A stretch of DNA of 64,000 bases from Balanoglossus misakiensis (GCA_040954595.2 CM082590.2:4960001-5024000), one strand, 5' to 3'; shown: positions 12,366 to 27,804, numbered from the stretch's first letter. The notes: generated by a model from the letters alone, not told the origin. Numbers and translations: made by a program.

Positions 12366-13959
12366 TGTACAATACTAGTAAATCATGCCTATATCCAGTA
12401 CATTCGGGAAAAATGACCATCCAAGTTTATAGAGAGAGAGAGAGAGCCAGTCGAACAATTTTCAATGTTGGTCAACTGTTCATTGTCATATTTGCTTTCT
12501 GTATCAATACAGGACTAATGCTGTAAACCCTTTGTATTCTGTTTACCATTCAGCTTTGATATCTTAACTTGACTTTTTCTTTATATGTGGGTGCAATTAT
12601 GCTACAAAGCTAAACAGTAAACACCTGAAGGCTGCTGTACCCTGTGCAATTAACGTAAATTTACACTAAGTGCTTGCTACATGCAATGCTTATTGTGCCT
12701 ATAGGATTCAACAACCTTCAGGTTATGCTGAATAAATCATGGTGATAATTTAGCAGTGTTGGCAAACTGAAGTATACAATTTAGTTTTAACCTACTTAAA
12801 CCCTCTCTATCTCTCTCTGACACAATGACAAAAAATGCTATCAGAATAATACATTTTGTAATACAGATCATATAAATGAGGAAGGGATTGATCAATGTTC
12901 AATTTCGTCCCGTGGGAGAAGTTCTATTCTTGGAATGACGATGGAATCAAAGTCAGTAAAATAAAGTCATCCTGTCCTTGGAAGGAAACTTCTCTGCATC
13001 CGATTCACTGGGACTTCTGCATTCATACATGTATCCTCTTCTTGCCTATGCACAGAAAGACGACATAACACTCACCTTGTATTGATTGATTGATTACAGC
13101 AAATAAGAGACATTCAACATTCACACAGAAACGAAAATATGCTCCTGTCAAACACTGGACATGGGTTAAAAGGGGGCCCAGGATGTGACAACATCTGATC
13201 AGGTCACTTCTTGATCACTATGTAATATGGTGGTAGAACACACTTGGGCCCCACTTTTGTATTTTTGTCTGGCGTGACACTCCCTTAAAACTCTACCAAA
13301 TGAAGATAAGCCCGCGTCAAAAGAGTGAATTGAAGTCCGCAAAACTACAAGTTAAAGAATCTGCTGTTTTTCATCAGGCAATGAACTGGTTGAATGCATA
13401 TTGGAAGAGAAAGCAATAGGATGGATTGGGCATCAGTTACAGTATTCCGAGTATGGCGTTGACTCCTCTCTCTGTACAGCGATTATGAATAAGTGGAAAG
13501 ACCAGCTCTGGGCATAAATGCTTTAAATTCAGACCCAGTTCATCATGCATTGCTGGATGAATATTTATCCCGACTGAAGCACACAGTATATACTGACCAT
13601 GTGCACTTCCAGTGTTTTTATATAATATGGATGTGTATAGGAGCATTTCAGGGGATGGGGTGGGGGTGGGGGGGGCTTGCTATCAAGTAAAATGAAGGAA
13701 TGCATCGACTTTTATTATCAGTGGCCCGTAAGGTTAATGCTATGTTACCTTTGAAGTGCTTGGCGGCTATACCGGTACAAGCATGCACAGATCTATGTTG
13801 ATAGACATTACTCATCACAGGGACCAGTGACTGTTATCTGCAAAAATGAAAAATATGCCAATAAGTATTTCTGTGTCAAACAGCACGGCAAAATGTATCT
13901 ATGGACAGAGATGATCTCCTGTCTTCATGAACAATACAATACGTTGTACAGGGGCCTCC

Positions 13960-15140
13960 AAATGAGCAATTAAATTATATGCATTCATCTATGGGGTCTA
14001 GGAAATCTTTAAGAGAATAAAGAATTATCTTATGTTACCCTCAGACACCACTTGGCTGCAATACAGGCATGTACACACATCCAGTTCGATAGATCAATGT
14101 TGATCACCAGAGAGAAACCATTATCTACAAAAATGGAAAATATGACAAAGTATTTTAGTGTCAAAAAATAAGGCAGTAAAGTGTAAGGATAATCTCCTGG
14201 ATGGACAATACAATAAGTCACACACTGCCCTCCAAAATGAGCAATTAAATTCTATGCATTCATCTATGGGGTCTAGGAAATCTTTAGGAGAAAAAGAATT
14301 ATCTTATATGTTACCCTCAGACACCATTTGGCTGCAATACAGGCATGTACACACATCCAGTTCGACAGATCAATGTTGATCACCAGAGAGAAACCATTAT
14401 CTACAAAAATGGAAAATATGACAAAGTATTTTAGTGTCAAAAAATAAGGCAGTAAAGTGTAAGGATAATCTCCTGGATGGACAATACAATAAGTCACACA
14501 CGGCCCTCCAGAATGAGCAATTAAATTATATGCATTCATCTATGGGGTCTAGGAAATCTTTAAGAGAATAAGAATTATCTTATGTTACCCTCAGACACCA
14601 CTTGGCTGCAATACAGGCATGTACACACATCCAGTTCGACAGATCAATGTTGATCACCAGAGAGAAACCATTATCTGCAAAAATGGAAAATATGACAAAG
14701 TATTTTAGTGTCAAAAAATAAGGCAGTAAAGTGTAAGGATAATCTCCTGGATGGACAATACAATAAGTCACACACGGCCCTCCAGAATGAGCAATTAAAT
14801 TATATGCATTCATCTATGGGGTCTAGGAAATCTTTAAGAGAAAAAGAATTATCTTATATGTTACCCTCAGACACCAATTGGCTGCAATACAGGCATGTAC
14901 ACACATCCAGTTCGACAGATCAATGTTGATCACCAGAGAGAAACCATTATCTACAAAAATGGAAAATATGACAAAGTATTTTAGTGTCAAAAAATCAGGC
15001 AGTAAAGTGTAAGGATAATCTCCTGGATGGACAATACAATAAGTCACACACTGCTCTCCAAAATGAGCAATTAAATTATATGCATTCATCTATGGGGTCT
15101 AGGAAATCTTTAGGAGAAAAAGAATTATCTTATGTTACCC
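13960..15140. repeat. 274-276-bp tandem repeat, about 4 copies with degenerate flanks
   Basis: TGCATTCATCTATGGGGTCTAGGAAATCTTTA recurs every ~275 bp. Confidence 0.9.
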
Positions 15141-17857
15141 TTGCAAACTACTGGACTGCTTTACAGGCTTGAATATACATCTAGTTTGGCAGAGTTTGAT
15201 CAACAGCTAGATACCCCTTTCTGCAAAAAATGGAAAATATGCCAATAAGTATTTCTGTGTCAAACAACATAATGGTAAAATATATCTATGCACAGAGATG
15301 ATCTCCTATCTTCATGAATGTAATGTACTTCAATGGCTGGTTACTCAAATTTAATTTGCATACTCACACCACAGGAATCTTGTTACCTGGTTACCAACTT
15401 GGCATCTGGACAGGAGGATATTGGGCATCATGGAAATCTGAAACTAATGAGAAAATTTGTGTAAATAGACAATTATAACTTACTGCTATGAACTTCAACT
15501 TGGCTCCAATCTATAATTATTTCTCGTTGGGTGCTCAGTTGTTTCTGGTTTCAAGGCGACTAGAGCAAAGTGTCAAGGAAATCACAAGAGACACGGAGAT
15601 GTCACATGACTGCAAGCCATGAGCCATTAATTTGCATATACTCACACCATAGGAATCATGTTACCTGGTTACCAACTTGGCATCTGGACAGGAGGATATT
15701 GGGCATCATGGAAATCTTAAACTAATGAGAAAAAATTGTGTAAATAGACAATTATAACTGACTGCTATGAACTTCAACTTGGCTCCTATCCATAATTATT
15801 TCTCGTTGGGTGCTCAGTTGTTTCTGGTTTCAAGGCGACTAGGGCAAAGTGTCCAGGAAATCACAAGAGACACGGAGATGTCACATGACTGCAAACCATG
15901 AGCCATTAATTTGCATACTCACACCATAGGAATCATGTTACCTTGGTTACCAACTTGGCATCTGGACAGGAGGATATTGGGCATCATGGAAATCTGAAAC
16001 TAATGAGAAAAAAATGTGTAAATAGACAATTATAACTGACGGCTATGAACTTCAACCATGCTCCAATCCATAATTATTTCTCGTTGGGTGCTCAGTTGTT
16101 TCTGGTTTCAAGGCGACTAGGGCAAAGTGTTCAGGAAATCACAAGAGACACGGAGATGTCACATGACTGCAAGCCATGAGCCATTAATTTGCATATACTC
16201 ACACCACAGGAATCATGTTACCTTGGTTACCACTTTGGCATCTGGACAGGAGGATATTGGGCATCATGGAAATCTGAAACTAATGAGAAAAAAATGTGTA
16301 AATAGACAATTATAACTGACTGCTATGAATTTCAACTTGGCTCCCATCCATAATTATTTCTCATTGGGTGCTCAGTTGTTTCTGGTTTCAAGGCGACTAG
16401 GGCAAAGTGTCCAGGAAATCACAAGAGACACGGAGATGTCACATGACTGCAAGCCATGAGCCATTTATTTGCATACTCACACCATAGGAATCGTGTTACC
16501 TGGTTACCAACTTGGCATCTGGACAGGAGGATATTGGGCATCATGGAAATCTGAAACTAATGAGAAAAATTGTGTAAATAGACAATTATAACTGACTGCT
16601 ATGAACTTCAACTTGGCTCCAATCTATAATTATTTCTCGTTCGGTGCTCAGTCGTTTCTGGTTTCAAGGCGACTAGGGCAAAGTGTCCAGGAAATCACAT
16701 GAGACACGGAGATGTCACATGACTGCAAGCCGTGAGCCATTCATTTGCATACTCACACCATAGGAATCGTGTTACCTGGTTACCAACTTGGCATCTGGAC
16801 AGGAGGATATTGGGCATCATGGAAATCTGAAACTAATGAGAAAAATTGTGTAAATAGACAATTATAACTGACTGCTATGAACTTCAACTTGGCTCCAATC
16901 TATAATTATTTCTCGTTCGGTGCTCAGTCGTTTCTGGTTTCAAGGCGACTAGGGCAAAGTGTCCAGGAAATCACAAGAGACACGGAGATGTCACATGACT
17001 GCAAGCCATGAGCCATTTATTTGCATACTCACACCATAGGAATCGTGTTACCTGGTTACCAACTTGGCATCTGGACAGGAGGATATTGGGCATCATGGAA
17101 ATCTGAAACTAATGAGAAAAATTGTGTAAATAGACAATTATAACTGACTGCTATGAACTTCAACTTGGCTCCAATCTATAATTATTTCTCGTTGGGTGCT
17201 CAGTCGTTTCTGGTTTCAAGGCGACTAGGGCAAAGTGTCCAGGAAATCACAAGAGACACGGAGATGTCACATGACTGCAAGCCATGAGCCATTCATTTGC
17301 ATACTCACACCACAGGAATCATGTTACCTGGTTACCAACTTGGCATCTGGACAGGAGGATATCGGGCATCATGGAAATCTGAAACTAATGAGAAAAAATT
17401 GTGTAAATAGACAATTATAACTGACTGCTATGAACTTCAACTTGGCTCCAATCTATAATTATTTCTCGTTCGGTGCTCAGTCGTTTCTGGTTTCAAGGCG
17501 ACTAGGGCAAAGTGTCCAGGAAATCACAAGAGACACGGAGATGTCACATGACTGCAAGCCATGAGCCATTAATTTGCATACTCACACCACAGGAATCATG
17601 TTACCTGGTTACCAACTTGGCATCTGGACAGGAGGATATCGGGCATCATGGAAATCTGAAACTAATGAGAAAAAATTGTGTAAATAGACAATTAAAACTG
17701 ACTGCTATGAACTTCAACTTGGCTCCAATCCATAATTATTTCTCGTTGGGTGCTCAGTTGTTTCTGGTTTCAAGGCGACTAGGGCAAAGTGTCCAGGAAA
17801 TCACAAGAGACACGGAGATGTCACATGACTGCAAGCCATGAGCCATTAATTTGCATA

Positions 17858-20553
17858 CCCTTACCAAATTTCCGAGTGCTCGGGTGCACCTCGGGTGCAC
17901 CTAAAATACACCCAAAACACACCAATTGCACTTAGACCCACCCGTAACCTACCTAAAACACACCACTGTAAGATGGGGTGGGTTTTGGGTGGGTGGTCTA
18001 ACCCACCCGAAATCCACCCCTACAACATAAACTGAATAGGTGTCTTACGGGTGCACCCGAAATACACCTCCTGAAATCAGCACTGGCCGTTAAGGCACCA
18101 AGAACACACCCGCTTTAGACTTTGCAACTTTTTCGCATCGGGAAGGCACCCAAAACACACCTGCTTTCGACTTTGCAACTTTTTCGCATCGAGAAGGCAC
18201 CCAAAACACACCCGCTTTCGACTTTGCAACTTTTTCACATCGAGAAGGCACCCAAAACACACCCGCTTTCGACTTTGCAACTTTTTCACATCGGGAAGGC
18301 ACCCAAAACACACCTGCTTTCGACTTTGCAACTTTTTCGCATCGAGAAGGCACCCAAAACACACCCGCTTTCGACTTTGCAACTTTTTCACATCGAGAAG
18401 GCACCCAAAACACACCCGCTTTCGACTTTGCAACTTTTTCACATCGAGAAGGCACCCAAAACACACCCGCTTTCGACTTTGCAACTTTTTCACATCGAGA
18501 AGGCACCCAAAACACACCCGCTTTCGACTTTGCAACTTTTTCGCATCGGGAAGGCACCCAAAACACACCTGCTTTCGACTTTGCAACTTTTTCGCATCGA
18601 GAAGGCACCCAAAACACACCCGCTTTCGACTTTGCAACTTTTTCACATCGAGAAGGCACCCAAAACACACCCGCTTTCGACTTTGCAACTTTTTCACATC
18701 GAGAAGGCACCCAAAACACACCCGCTTTCGACTTTGCAACTTTTTCACATCGAGAAGGCACCCAAAACACACCCGCTTTCGACTTTGCAACTTTTTCACA
18801 TCGAGAAGGCACCCAAAACACACCCGCTTTCGACTTTGCAACTTTTTCACATCGAGAAGGCACCCAAAACACACCCGCTTTCGACTTTGCAACTTTTTCA
18901 CATCGAGAAGGCACCCAAAACACACCCGCTTTCGACTTTGCAACTTTTTCACATCGAGAAGGCACCCAAAACACACCCGCTTTCGACTTTGCAACTTTTT
19001 CACATCGAGAAGGCACCCAAAACACACCCGCTTTCGACTTTGCAACTTTTTCACATCGAAAAGGCACCCAAAACACACCCGCTTTAGACTTAGCAACTTT
19101 TTCACATCAGTTAGTTGATGAAAAATTATATCATCTGTTGAAGTTGGAAAATTTCTGAATATTTTAAATAATAACACAACTCCAAGGAATAATTTTTTTT
19201 TTTTTTTTAATTTATATGTACTGGAATATCGCACAAAATCAAGTTCTCACTCTTTTTTAGAGATCACGATTTTAATACAAATTTTCCACGATTTATTTAT
19301 ATTTATTGACCACAATCTACAACCCTTGCAAGTTGTACTGGCCGAAGTACAATACTTGACTTTTGACCTGGGACGTCATTACCATACGTAACCGGATTGG
19401 TCCATTCATAATAACGTCATTAAACAGTCATACTGGCGAGTCCACAGTGTAGACACGGAAGTCAATGTCGGAAAGCCATTTCGACGCAGTTTTAGCAAAA
19501 TTTGTGAAATCCTTTCGTTGTTCCGACTAATTTAGGCGTCAGAGATGATGTGCGGACATCAAAACACGCAAGATCATGACAGGGGAGGTCAGTCACGTAC
19601 GTTCATCGCGCGTACCAGTCGACGCGGTCATCACAATGTGGCCGCCATTCTCGATGTCAGTAAACGCGGTCGCATTCAAACACATCGCGTTTTGATATGA
19701 CTCGGACGATTGTAAGTACCAAAGGCGTTTTGAAGGAACACCTACTCCTGTGGTGTGTCCATTGATAGCTGTTGATTTGACCGTACTCATTACAAGAAAT
19801 CGCGATCGCCATTTAAGGACGACGATGCATGGACGTGCATCCGCGAGAATGGTTCATTCAAAATGGCGTGGACATTGCATGTACATTGCATATCGTTCCC
19901 GGACAGAAATGTTATTGCCGTGAAACCACTGGCTATATTCTGATCATGGTGACTACATTTCCATCGAAGTTAGTGTAGATTACAAGTGTATGTACATAGC
20001 TAGTCGAACTGTACTATGTTTTATCCATCATTTTATTTTTACTGTACTGTACAAGAGAACTTTATTAGTTTACATTTAGCAATATATTGACTTTTAGTTT
20101 TATTCAACAATAATTGACTGTATATTGACTGTTTTTTCACATTGTGTGTGTGTGTGTGGGTATGAGCCGCTGCATGACTTAGCAACTCCACAATACATCC
20201 ATACTATATGCATTTTAGGTGGCACCTAAAACACACCCGAAATTCGGGTGTGTTTTAGGTGCCGCCTAAAGTGCATCCGGAGTATGTTCCGGGTGCGTTT
20301 CGGGTGCATCCATACCATATCATACAGGTGTGTTTCGGGTGCCACCTAAGGTGCACCTCGGGTGTGCTCTATTTCGGGTGCCTTTCGGGTGCACCTATAA
20401 TGCACCTGTTTTGTACACCCGAAACACACCTAAAGTGACCAATTTAAGGTGGTTTCGGGTGTGTTCTGAGAGGTGTGTTTCGGGTGCCACCTAAGGTGCA
20501 CCCGGGGTGTGTTCTTTCGGGTGCCTTTCGGGTGCACCCGATTTTGGTAAGGG
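17858..20553. mobile_element. Non-autonomous TIR DNA transposon with TA target duplication (CCC..GGG ends; EnSpm/CMC-like by inference)
   Basis: Satellite TTGCATA|CTCACACC is split as TA-CCCTTACCAAA...TTTGGTAAGGG-TA; many subterminal GGGTGCACC palindromes; no transposase. Confidence 0.85.
18095..19108. repeat. 51-bp minisatellite (about 20 copies) inside the TIR element
   Basis: AAGGCACCCAAAACACACCCGCTTTCGACTTTGCAACTTTTTCACATCGAG repeated. Confidence 0.95.
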
Positions 20554-23539
20554 TACTCACACCACAGGAATCATGTTACCTGGTTACCAACTTGGCATCT
20601 GGACAGGAGGATATCGGGCATCATGGAAATCTGAAACTAATGAGAAAAAATTGTGTAAATAGACAATTAAAACTGACTGCTATGAACTTCAACTTGGCTC
20701 CAATCTATAATTATTTCTCGTTCGGTGCTCAGTCGTTTCTGGTTTCAAGGCGACTATGGCAAAGTGTCCAGGAAATCACAAGAGACACGGAGATGTCACA
20801 TGACTGCAAGCAATGAGCCATTAATTTGCATACTCACACCATAGGAATCATGTTACCTTGGTTACCAACTTGGCATCTGGACAGGAGGATATTGGGCATC
20901 ATGGAAATCTGAAACTAATGAGAAAAAAATGTGTAAATAGACAATTAAAACTGACTGCTATGAACTTCAACTTGGCTCCAATCTATAATTATTTCTCGTT
21001 CGGTGCTCAGTCGTTTCTGGTTTCAAGGCGACTATGGCAAAGTGTCCAGGAAATCACAAGAGACACGGAGATGTCACATGACTGCAAGCAATGAGCCATT
21101 AATTTGCATACTCACACCATAGGAATCATGTTACCTTGGTTACCAACTTGGCATCTGGACAGGAGGATATTGGGCATCATGGAAATCTGAAACTAATGAG
21201 AAAAAAATGTGTAAATAGACAATTATAACTGACGGCTATGAACTTCAACTTGGCTCCAATCCATAATTATTTCTCGTTGGGTGCTCAGTTGTTTCTGGTT
21301 TCAAGGCGACTATGGCAAAGTGTCCAGGAAATCACAAGAGACACGGAGATGTCACATGACTGCAAGCAATGAGCCATTAATTTGCATACTCACACCATAG
21401 GAATCATGTTACCTTGGTTACCAACTTGGCATCTGGACAGGAGGATATCGGGCATCATGGAAATCTGAAACTAATGAGAAAAAAATGTGTAAATAGACAA
21501 TTATAACTGACGGCTATGAACTTCAACTTGGCTCCAATCCATAATTATTTCTCGTTGGGTGCTCAGTTGTTTCTGGTTTCAAGGCGACTATGGCAAAGTG
21601 TCCAGGAAATCACAAGAGACACGGAGATGTCACATGACTGCAAGCAATGAGCCATTAATTTGCATACTCACACCATAGGAATCATGTTACCTTGGTTACC
21701 AACTTGGCATCTGGACAGGAGGATATTGGGCATCATGGAAATCTGAAACTAATGAGAAAAAAATGTGTAAATAGACAATTATAACTTACTGCTATGAACT
21801 TCAACTTGGCTCCAATCTATAATTATTTCTCGTTGGGTGCTCAGTTGTTTCTGGTTTCAAGGCGACTAGAGCAAAGTGTCAAGGAAATCACAAGAGACAC
21901 GGAGATGTCACATGACTGCAAGCCATGAGACATTAATTTGCATACTCACACCACAGGAATCATGTTACCTTGGTTACCAACTTGGCATCTGGACAGGAGG
22001 ATATCGGGCATCATGGAAATCTGAAACTAATGAGAAAAAAATGTGTAAATAGACAATTATAACTGACGGCTATGAACTTCAACTTGGCTCCAATCCATAA
22101 TTATTTCTCGTTCGGTGCTCAGTTGTTTCTGGTTTCAAGGCGACTATGGCAAAGTGTCCAGGAAATCACAAGAGACACGGAGATGTCACATGACTGCAAG
22201 CAATGAGCCATTAATTTGCATACTCACACCATAGGAATCATGTTACCTTGGTTACCAACTTGGCATCTGGACAGGAGGATATTGGGCATCATGGAAATCT
22301 GAAACTAATGAGAGAAAAATTGTGTAAATAGACAATTATAACTGACGGCTATGAACTTCAACTTGGCTCCAATCCATAATTATTTCTCGTTGGGTGCTCA
22401 GTTGTTTCTGGTTTCAAGGCGACTAGGGCAAAGTGTCCAGGAAATCACATGAGACACGGAGATGTCACATGACTGCAAACCATGAGCCATTAATTTGCAT
22501 ACTCACACCATAGGAATCATGTTACCTTGGTTACCAACTTGGCATCTGGACAGGAGGATATTGGGCATCATGGAAATCTGAAACTAATGAGAGAAAAATT
22601 GTGTAAAAAGACAATTATAACTGACTGCTATGAACTTCAACCATGCTCCAATCCATAATTATTTCTCGTTGGGTGCTCAGTTGTTTCTGGTTTCAAGGCG
22701 ACTAGGGCAAAGTGTCCAGGAAATCACAAGAGACACGGAGATGTCACATGACTGCAAACCATGAGCCATTAATTTGCATACTCACACCATAGGAATCATG
22801 TTACCTTGGTTACCAACTTGGCATCTGGACAGGAGGATATTGGGCATCATGGAAATCTGAAACTAATGAGAAAAAAAATGTGTTAATAGACAATTATAAC
22901 TAACTGCTATGAACTCCTACTTGGCTGCTAACAATCCCCAACACCTGCAACAAATAATAAATAGTAAATATTAATTTATTATCATAGACTGGTTGAGTTT
23001 AATGTTACCTATGGTACACTTACATTGTATTTTTCCTTTTAATCTGGTGGGTAGTTAGCTATCTGATGTACATTAACCATTGTAAAACTCTAGGATCTGA
23101 TAAACTTATTTATTTATCCAATAGACTTACAAAATGTGAAAATATTTCTATTTCTATGGGAGAAACATGGACCGGTACTCAGTTAACTAATCATTATGGG
23201 GGACTAAAATTTCTACAAATTTAAAATTATTCCTGTAATTATCACCTGACTATATATTATGTACATTGTAATTGCTAAACTATACCATTCACTGGGTTTA
23301 GCTCCTTACTGGAAAATTGCCATTACAATTTTTGCCCAGTTGTGGGTTTAAGAAAAATACACAGTGATAAAAACTGCAAAATTATTAATGGGGTTTTCAA
23401 AAGTTATTCCCTAAAATCATCAGACATAAGTACTAAATTATCACTTAAAGCTAAGCCTACTAATCAATACAAATTCAGCAGAATATTTAAGTTCCACGCA
23501 CAGCTGAGGGTTAATGAGAAAACAACACATTTCTTATTT

Positions 23540-23700
23540 ATCATTATCATCATCATCATCATAATCATCATCACCATCATTGCCATCATCATCACCATCA
23601 TCACCATCACAACCGTCATCAACATCAGTACAACCATCAATGCCATCACCATAACAACTAGCAATAACAATTAACATCAAAACTGCCAACACCATCACCA
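23540..23700. repeat. (CAT/CAC)n low-complexity tract
   Basis: Directly visible. Confidence 0.85.
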
Positions 23701-24239
23701 ACATTAACAGGAATAAAATCAAAATGTTGAATGACCTATGAAAATCAGAAACTGTCAACCAACAGCATTCTACAAAGTCACTAGTTTATTAATCTAGCTG
23801 AGGTGATTGTATTATACTCTTAAATATTATATGTTTATTATTATCAGTTTGTAAATTTTTAAGTCTAAGAATATTATAATATTAAAATTTCAAATGGCAA
23901 TTTTTTATACGCATAGCTGACATTATACACCAGTAATTCTGAATGTTCATTTACTAAATTACTGCAATTTCCAAAACAGCCAAACCTATATACATGTTAT
24001 GTAAAAAATTTTCCAATTTTCAAACGAGAGCTAACTTCACTGATGAAAAGGGGGAATTTAGACAATGAGCTGTTGGTGAAACTGACTGGATGGTATTAAA
24101 ACACAATTAAATACAGATCTGGAACATAAATGTTATACAATGCAATGTTAAATCACATTATTTAATCTGGAAAGAAATCATGCATTTGAGACACATCAAT
24201 TGTGATCACAATTACCGGTTCAATGCAAACACTGTCTGG

Positions 24240-26320
24240 AAGTTTTCATATCAAGCTACAGTACCTGAAACAAAAATTTGTAATCACTGACACCCCCATT
24301 ATTATGAATCGCTGACACCCCCACCCCCATCATTATGAACACCTTGGTTCACACAGGTTATTTGTTTACGATTGTGAAACACTGTTCACTTAATAACACA
24401 AGCATAGTAAAATTATTAATGATACAACACATCATGGTGCAGCAATTTAATACTGCAGATTAGTTCAAAGTTTTCATATCAAGCTACAGTACCTGAAACA
24501 AAAATTTATTATGGCTGACACCCCCCTTCCCCCATCATTATCAATTAGAACACTTGGTTTCACACAGGTTGTTTGTTTACAATTGTGAAACACTGTTCAC
24601 TAAATATGGTGCAGCATTTTAATACTGCAGATTACTTCAAAGTTTTCATATCAAGCTACAGTACCTGAAACAAAAATTTGTAATAACTGACACCCCCCAC
24701 CCCTGACACCCCCCACCCCCATCATTATCAATTAGAACACTTGGCTTCACACTGGTTGTTTGTTTACGATTGTGAAACACTGTTCACTAAATATGGTGCA
24801 GCAATTTAATACTGCAGATTAGTTCAAAGTTTTCATATCAAGCTACAGTACCTGAAACAAAAATTTGTAATAACTGACACCCCCCACCCCTGACACCCCC
24901 ACCCCCATCATTATCAATTAGAACACTTGGCTTCACACTGGTTGTTTGTTTACGATTGTGAAACACTGTTCACTAAATATGGTGCAGCAATTTAATACTG
25001 CAGATTAGTTCAAAGTTTTCATATCAAGCTACAGTACCTGAAACAAAAATTTTTAATAACTGACACCCCCCACCCCTGACACCCCCACCCCCATCATTAT
25101 CAATTAGAACACTTGGCTTCACACAGGTTGTTTGTTTACGATTGTGAAACACTGTTCACTAAATATGGTGCAGCATTTTAATACTGCAGGTTGGTTCAAA
25201 GTTTTCATATCAAGGCACAGTACCTGAAACAAAAATTTGTAATCACTGACACCCCCCCGCCCCTGACACCCCCCACCCCCGATCATGATGAACACCTTGG
25301 TTCACACAGGTTGTTTGTTTACGATTATGAAACACTGTTCACTAAATATGGTGCAGCAATTTAATACTGCAGATTAGTTCAAAGTTTTCATATCAAGCTA
25401 CAGTACCTGAAACAAAAATTTGTGATCACTGACATCCCCCTCCCCCCATCATTATCAATTAGAACACTTGGTTTCACACAGGTTGTTTGTTTACGATTGT
25501 GAAACACTGTTCACTAAATATGGTGCAGCATTTTAATACTGCAGGTTAGTTCAAAGTTTTCATATCAAGCTACAGTACCTGAAACAAAAATGTATTATGG
25601 CTGACACCCCCCTCCCCCCATCATTATCAATTAGAACACTTGGTTTCACACAGGTTATTTGTTTACAATTGTGAAACACTGTTCACTAAATATGGTGCAG
25701 CATTTTAATACTGCAGATTACTTCAAAGTTTTCATATCAAGCTACAGTACCTGAAACAAAAATTTGTAATAACTGACACCCCCACCCCTGACACCCCCTC
25801 CTCCCATCATTATCAATTAGAACACTTGGTTTCACACAGGTTGTTTGTTTACGATTGTGAAACACTGTTCACTTAATTAACACAAGCATAGTATAATCAT
25901 CAATGATAAAACACATCATGGTGCAGCAATTTAATTCTGCAGATTAGTTCAATGTTTTCATATCAAGCTACAGTACCTGAAACAAAAATTTGTGATCACT
26001 GACACCCCCATCATTATGAATCGCTGACATCCCCACCCCCATCATTATGAACACCTTGGTTCACACAGGTTATTTGTTTACGATTGTGAAACACTGTTCA
26101 CTTAAGAACACATGCTTGGTAAAATTATTAATGAAATTAATCACATCATGGTGCAGCATTTTAATACATAACTGCAGGTTAGTTTAAAGTTTCCCATATC
26201 AAGCTACAGTACCTGACACAAAAATTTGTAATCACTGACAACCCCCTTCCCCATCATTATCATTAAGAACACCTTGGTTTCACACAGGTTGTTTGTTTAC
26301 AATTGTGAAACACTGTTCAT
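24240..26320. repeat. Degenerate 170-235-bp tandem repeat, about 11 copies
   Basis: GTTTTCATATCAAGCTACAGTACCTGAAACAAAAATTT recurs. Confidence 0.9.
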
Positions 26321-26591
26321 GTTATAACACCACCAATTCCATAGTGTAATATTATTAACTAGTTTGATAAATCAGAAACTTCTGAGTGCGTGGTTACTTA
26401 TACGGTATTTCATGTTTGAGAGTGCAAGGTTATGACATCCCCAAATCTGACTGGCAAGGTCAGAATGGGAACACCCACATGTGTGCAAGTTTTAATAAAA
26501 TACACCTGAGAGCATGACTGCACCCAGCAGATCACCCATTTACAAAGCTTTGTGTCATTACATGTGAGTATGATATTTTTATTTTTATAAG

Positions 26592-26592
26592 T

Positions 26593-26626
<34 letters not shown>

Positions 26627-27020
26627 GTATCATCATCACCATCATCATCATCATCATCATCATCATCAGTATCACCATCTAAACCATCATTATCACCATC
26701 TAAACCATTATTATCACCATCACCATCAGTATCACCATCACCACCACTATCATCACCATCATTATCACCATCACCACCACTATTATCACCATCAGTATCA
26801 CCATCACCACCACTATCATCACCATCATTATCACCATCACCACCACTATTATCACCATCATCATCACCATCACCACCATTATTATCATCATCATCACCAT
26901 CACCACCATTATTATCACCATCATCATCACCATCACCACCATTATTATCTTAATCAGTATCACCAGTACCACCAGATTCACCATCATTGTCATCACTATT
27001 ATCACCACCAGTATTATCAT
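26592..27020. repeat. (CAT/CAC/TAT)n trinucleotide tract
   Basis: Directly visible. Confidence 0.9.
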
Positions 27021-27804
27021 ATTCAACACCGCTATGTTACGGTTAAAACTGCTGTACCAGTTAGTACAGATCTCCATTTACCATGGTAACTGTATTTAAA
27101 TTTGCATGCATGCATTTTGTCTGAAACACAGACGAACCCGTTACATGATATATTTTACATGTCAAGCAAAATGGCTGCTACATTTGTACATTAAAATGAT
27201 ACGAGGCAACAGGGATTCATATGAAGTGCATTCCTAGAAAAAAAGAAAATTTTATTTAATTCATTTAATAACAGGCATATCAATGATATTTATCTATACC
27301 AGTCATAAATTTTCACCAACAGCTCTATGTACTAGGATCATTTTACCCTGGTTTGTACAAACACATTTGCTTTGCAAAACTCTGTACACAGAATCACAAA
27401 GTATGCAATGCCAACTATGCATAAACATTAGGCTAACAATTCTGACGAATATTTAAGATGAATGTGACTGATTGTTTAGATGAAAATACATCTCTGTGTA
27501 ACGTATATTTATGGTTAAATTAAACCTTTACTAACATTATTATTTCTGTTATTTTATACCACTACAACCACAATGCCAAAGCTAACGCTAGTAACAGATA
27601 CAACATTACACCCATTATTCTGGAGTAAATTAAGACCACTAAGAAACAAATATTAACCACCTATACCACTCAAGACATATTCATTCTCCAACCTATTGCG
27701 TCTCAAAGTATCCAGAAGATTCACAAAAACCAAACAATACCACATTGACATATGCTCTGCAGAAACTACTATTATTGGTGTCTTTCTTACACAGATATAA
27801 AGAA

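Larger units (their letters stand above)
15350..22925. repeat. About 277-bp satellite, roughly 17-18 copies, interrupted by a DNA transposon at 17858-20553
   Basis: TTGGCATCTGGACAGGAGGATATTGGGCATCATGGAAATCTG recurs every 276-279 bp on both sides of the insertion. Confidence 0.95.

Noticed and set aside
11939-12420. MYVC/HTYI-repeat ORFs (also at 23342-23758, 26700-27077, 34293-34567 and 62942-63218)
   Set aside because: Microsatellite translations.
18077-19234. Long ORFs of 321-385 aa
   Set aside because: Translation of a 51-bp minisatellite, open in several frames on both strands.
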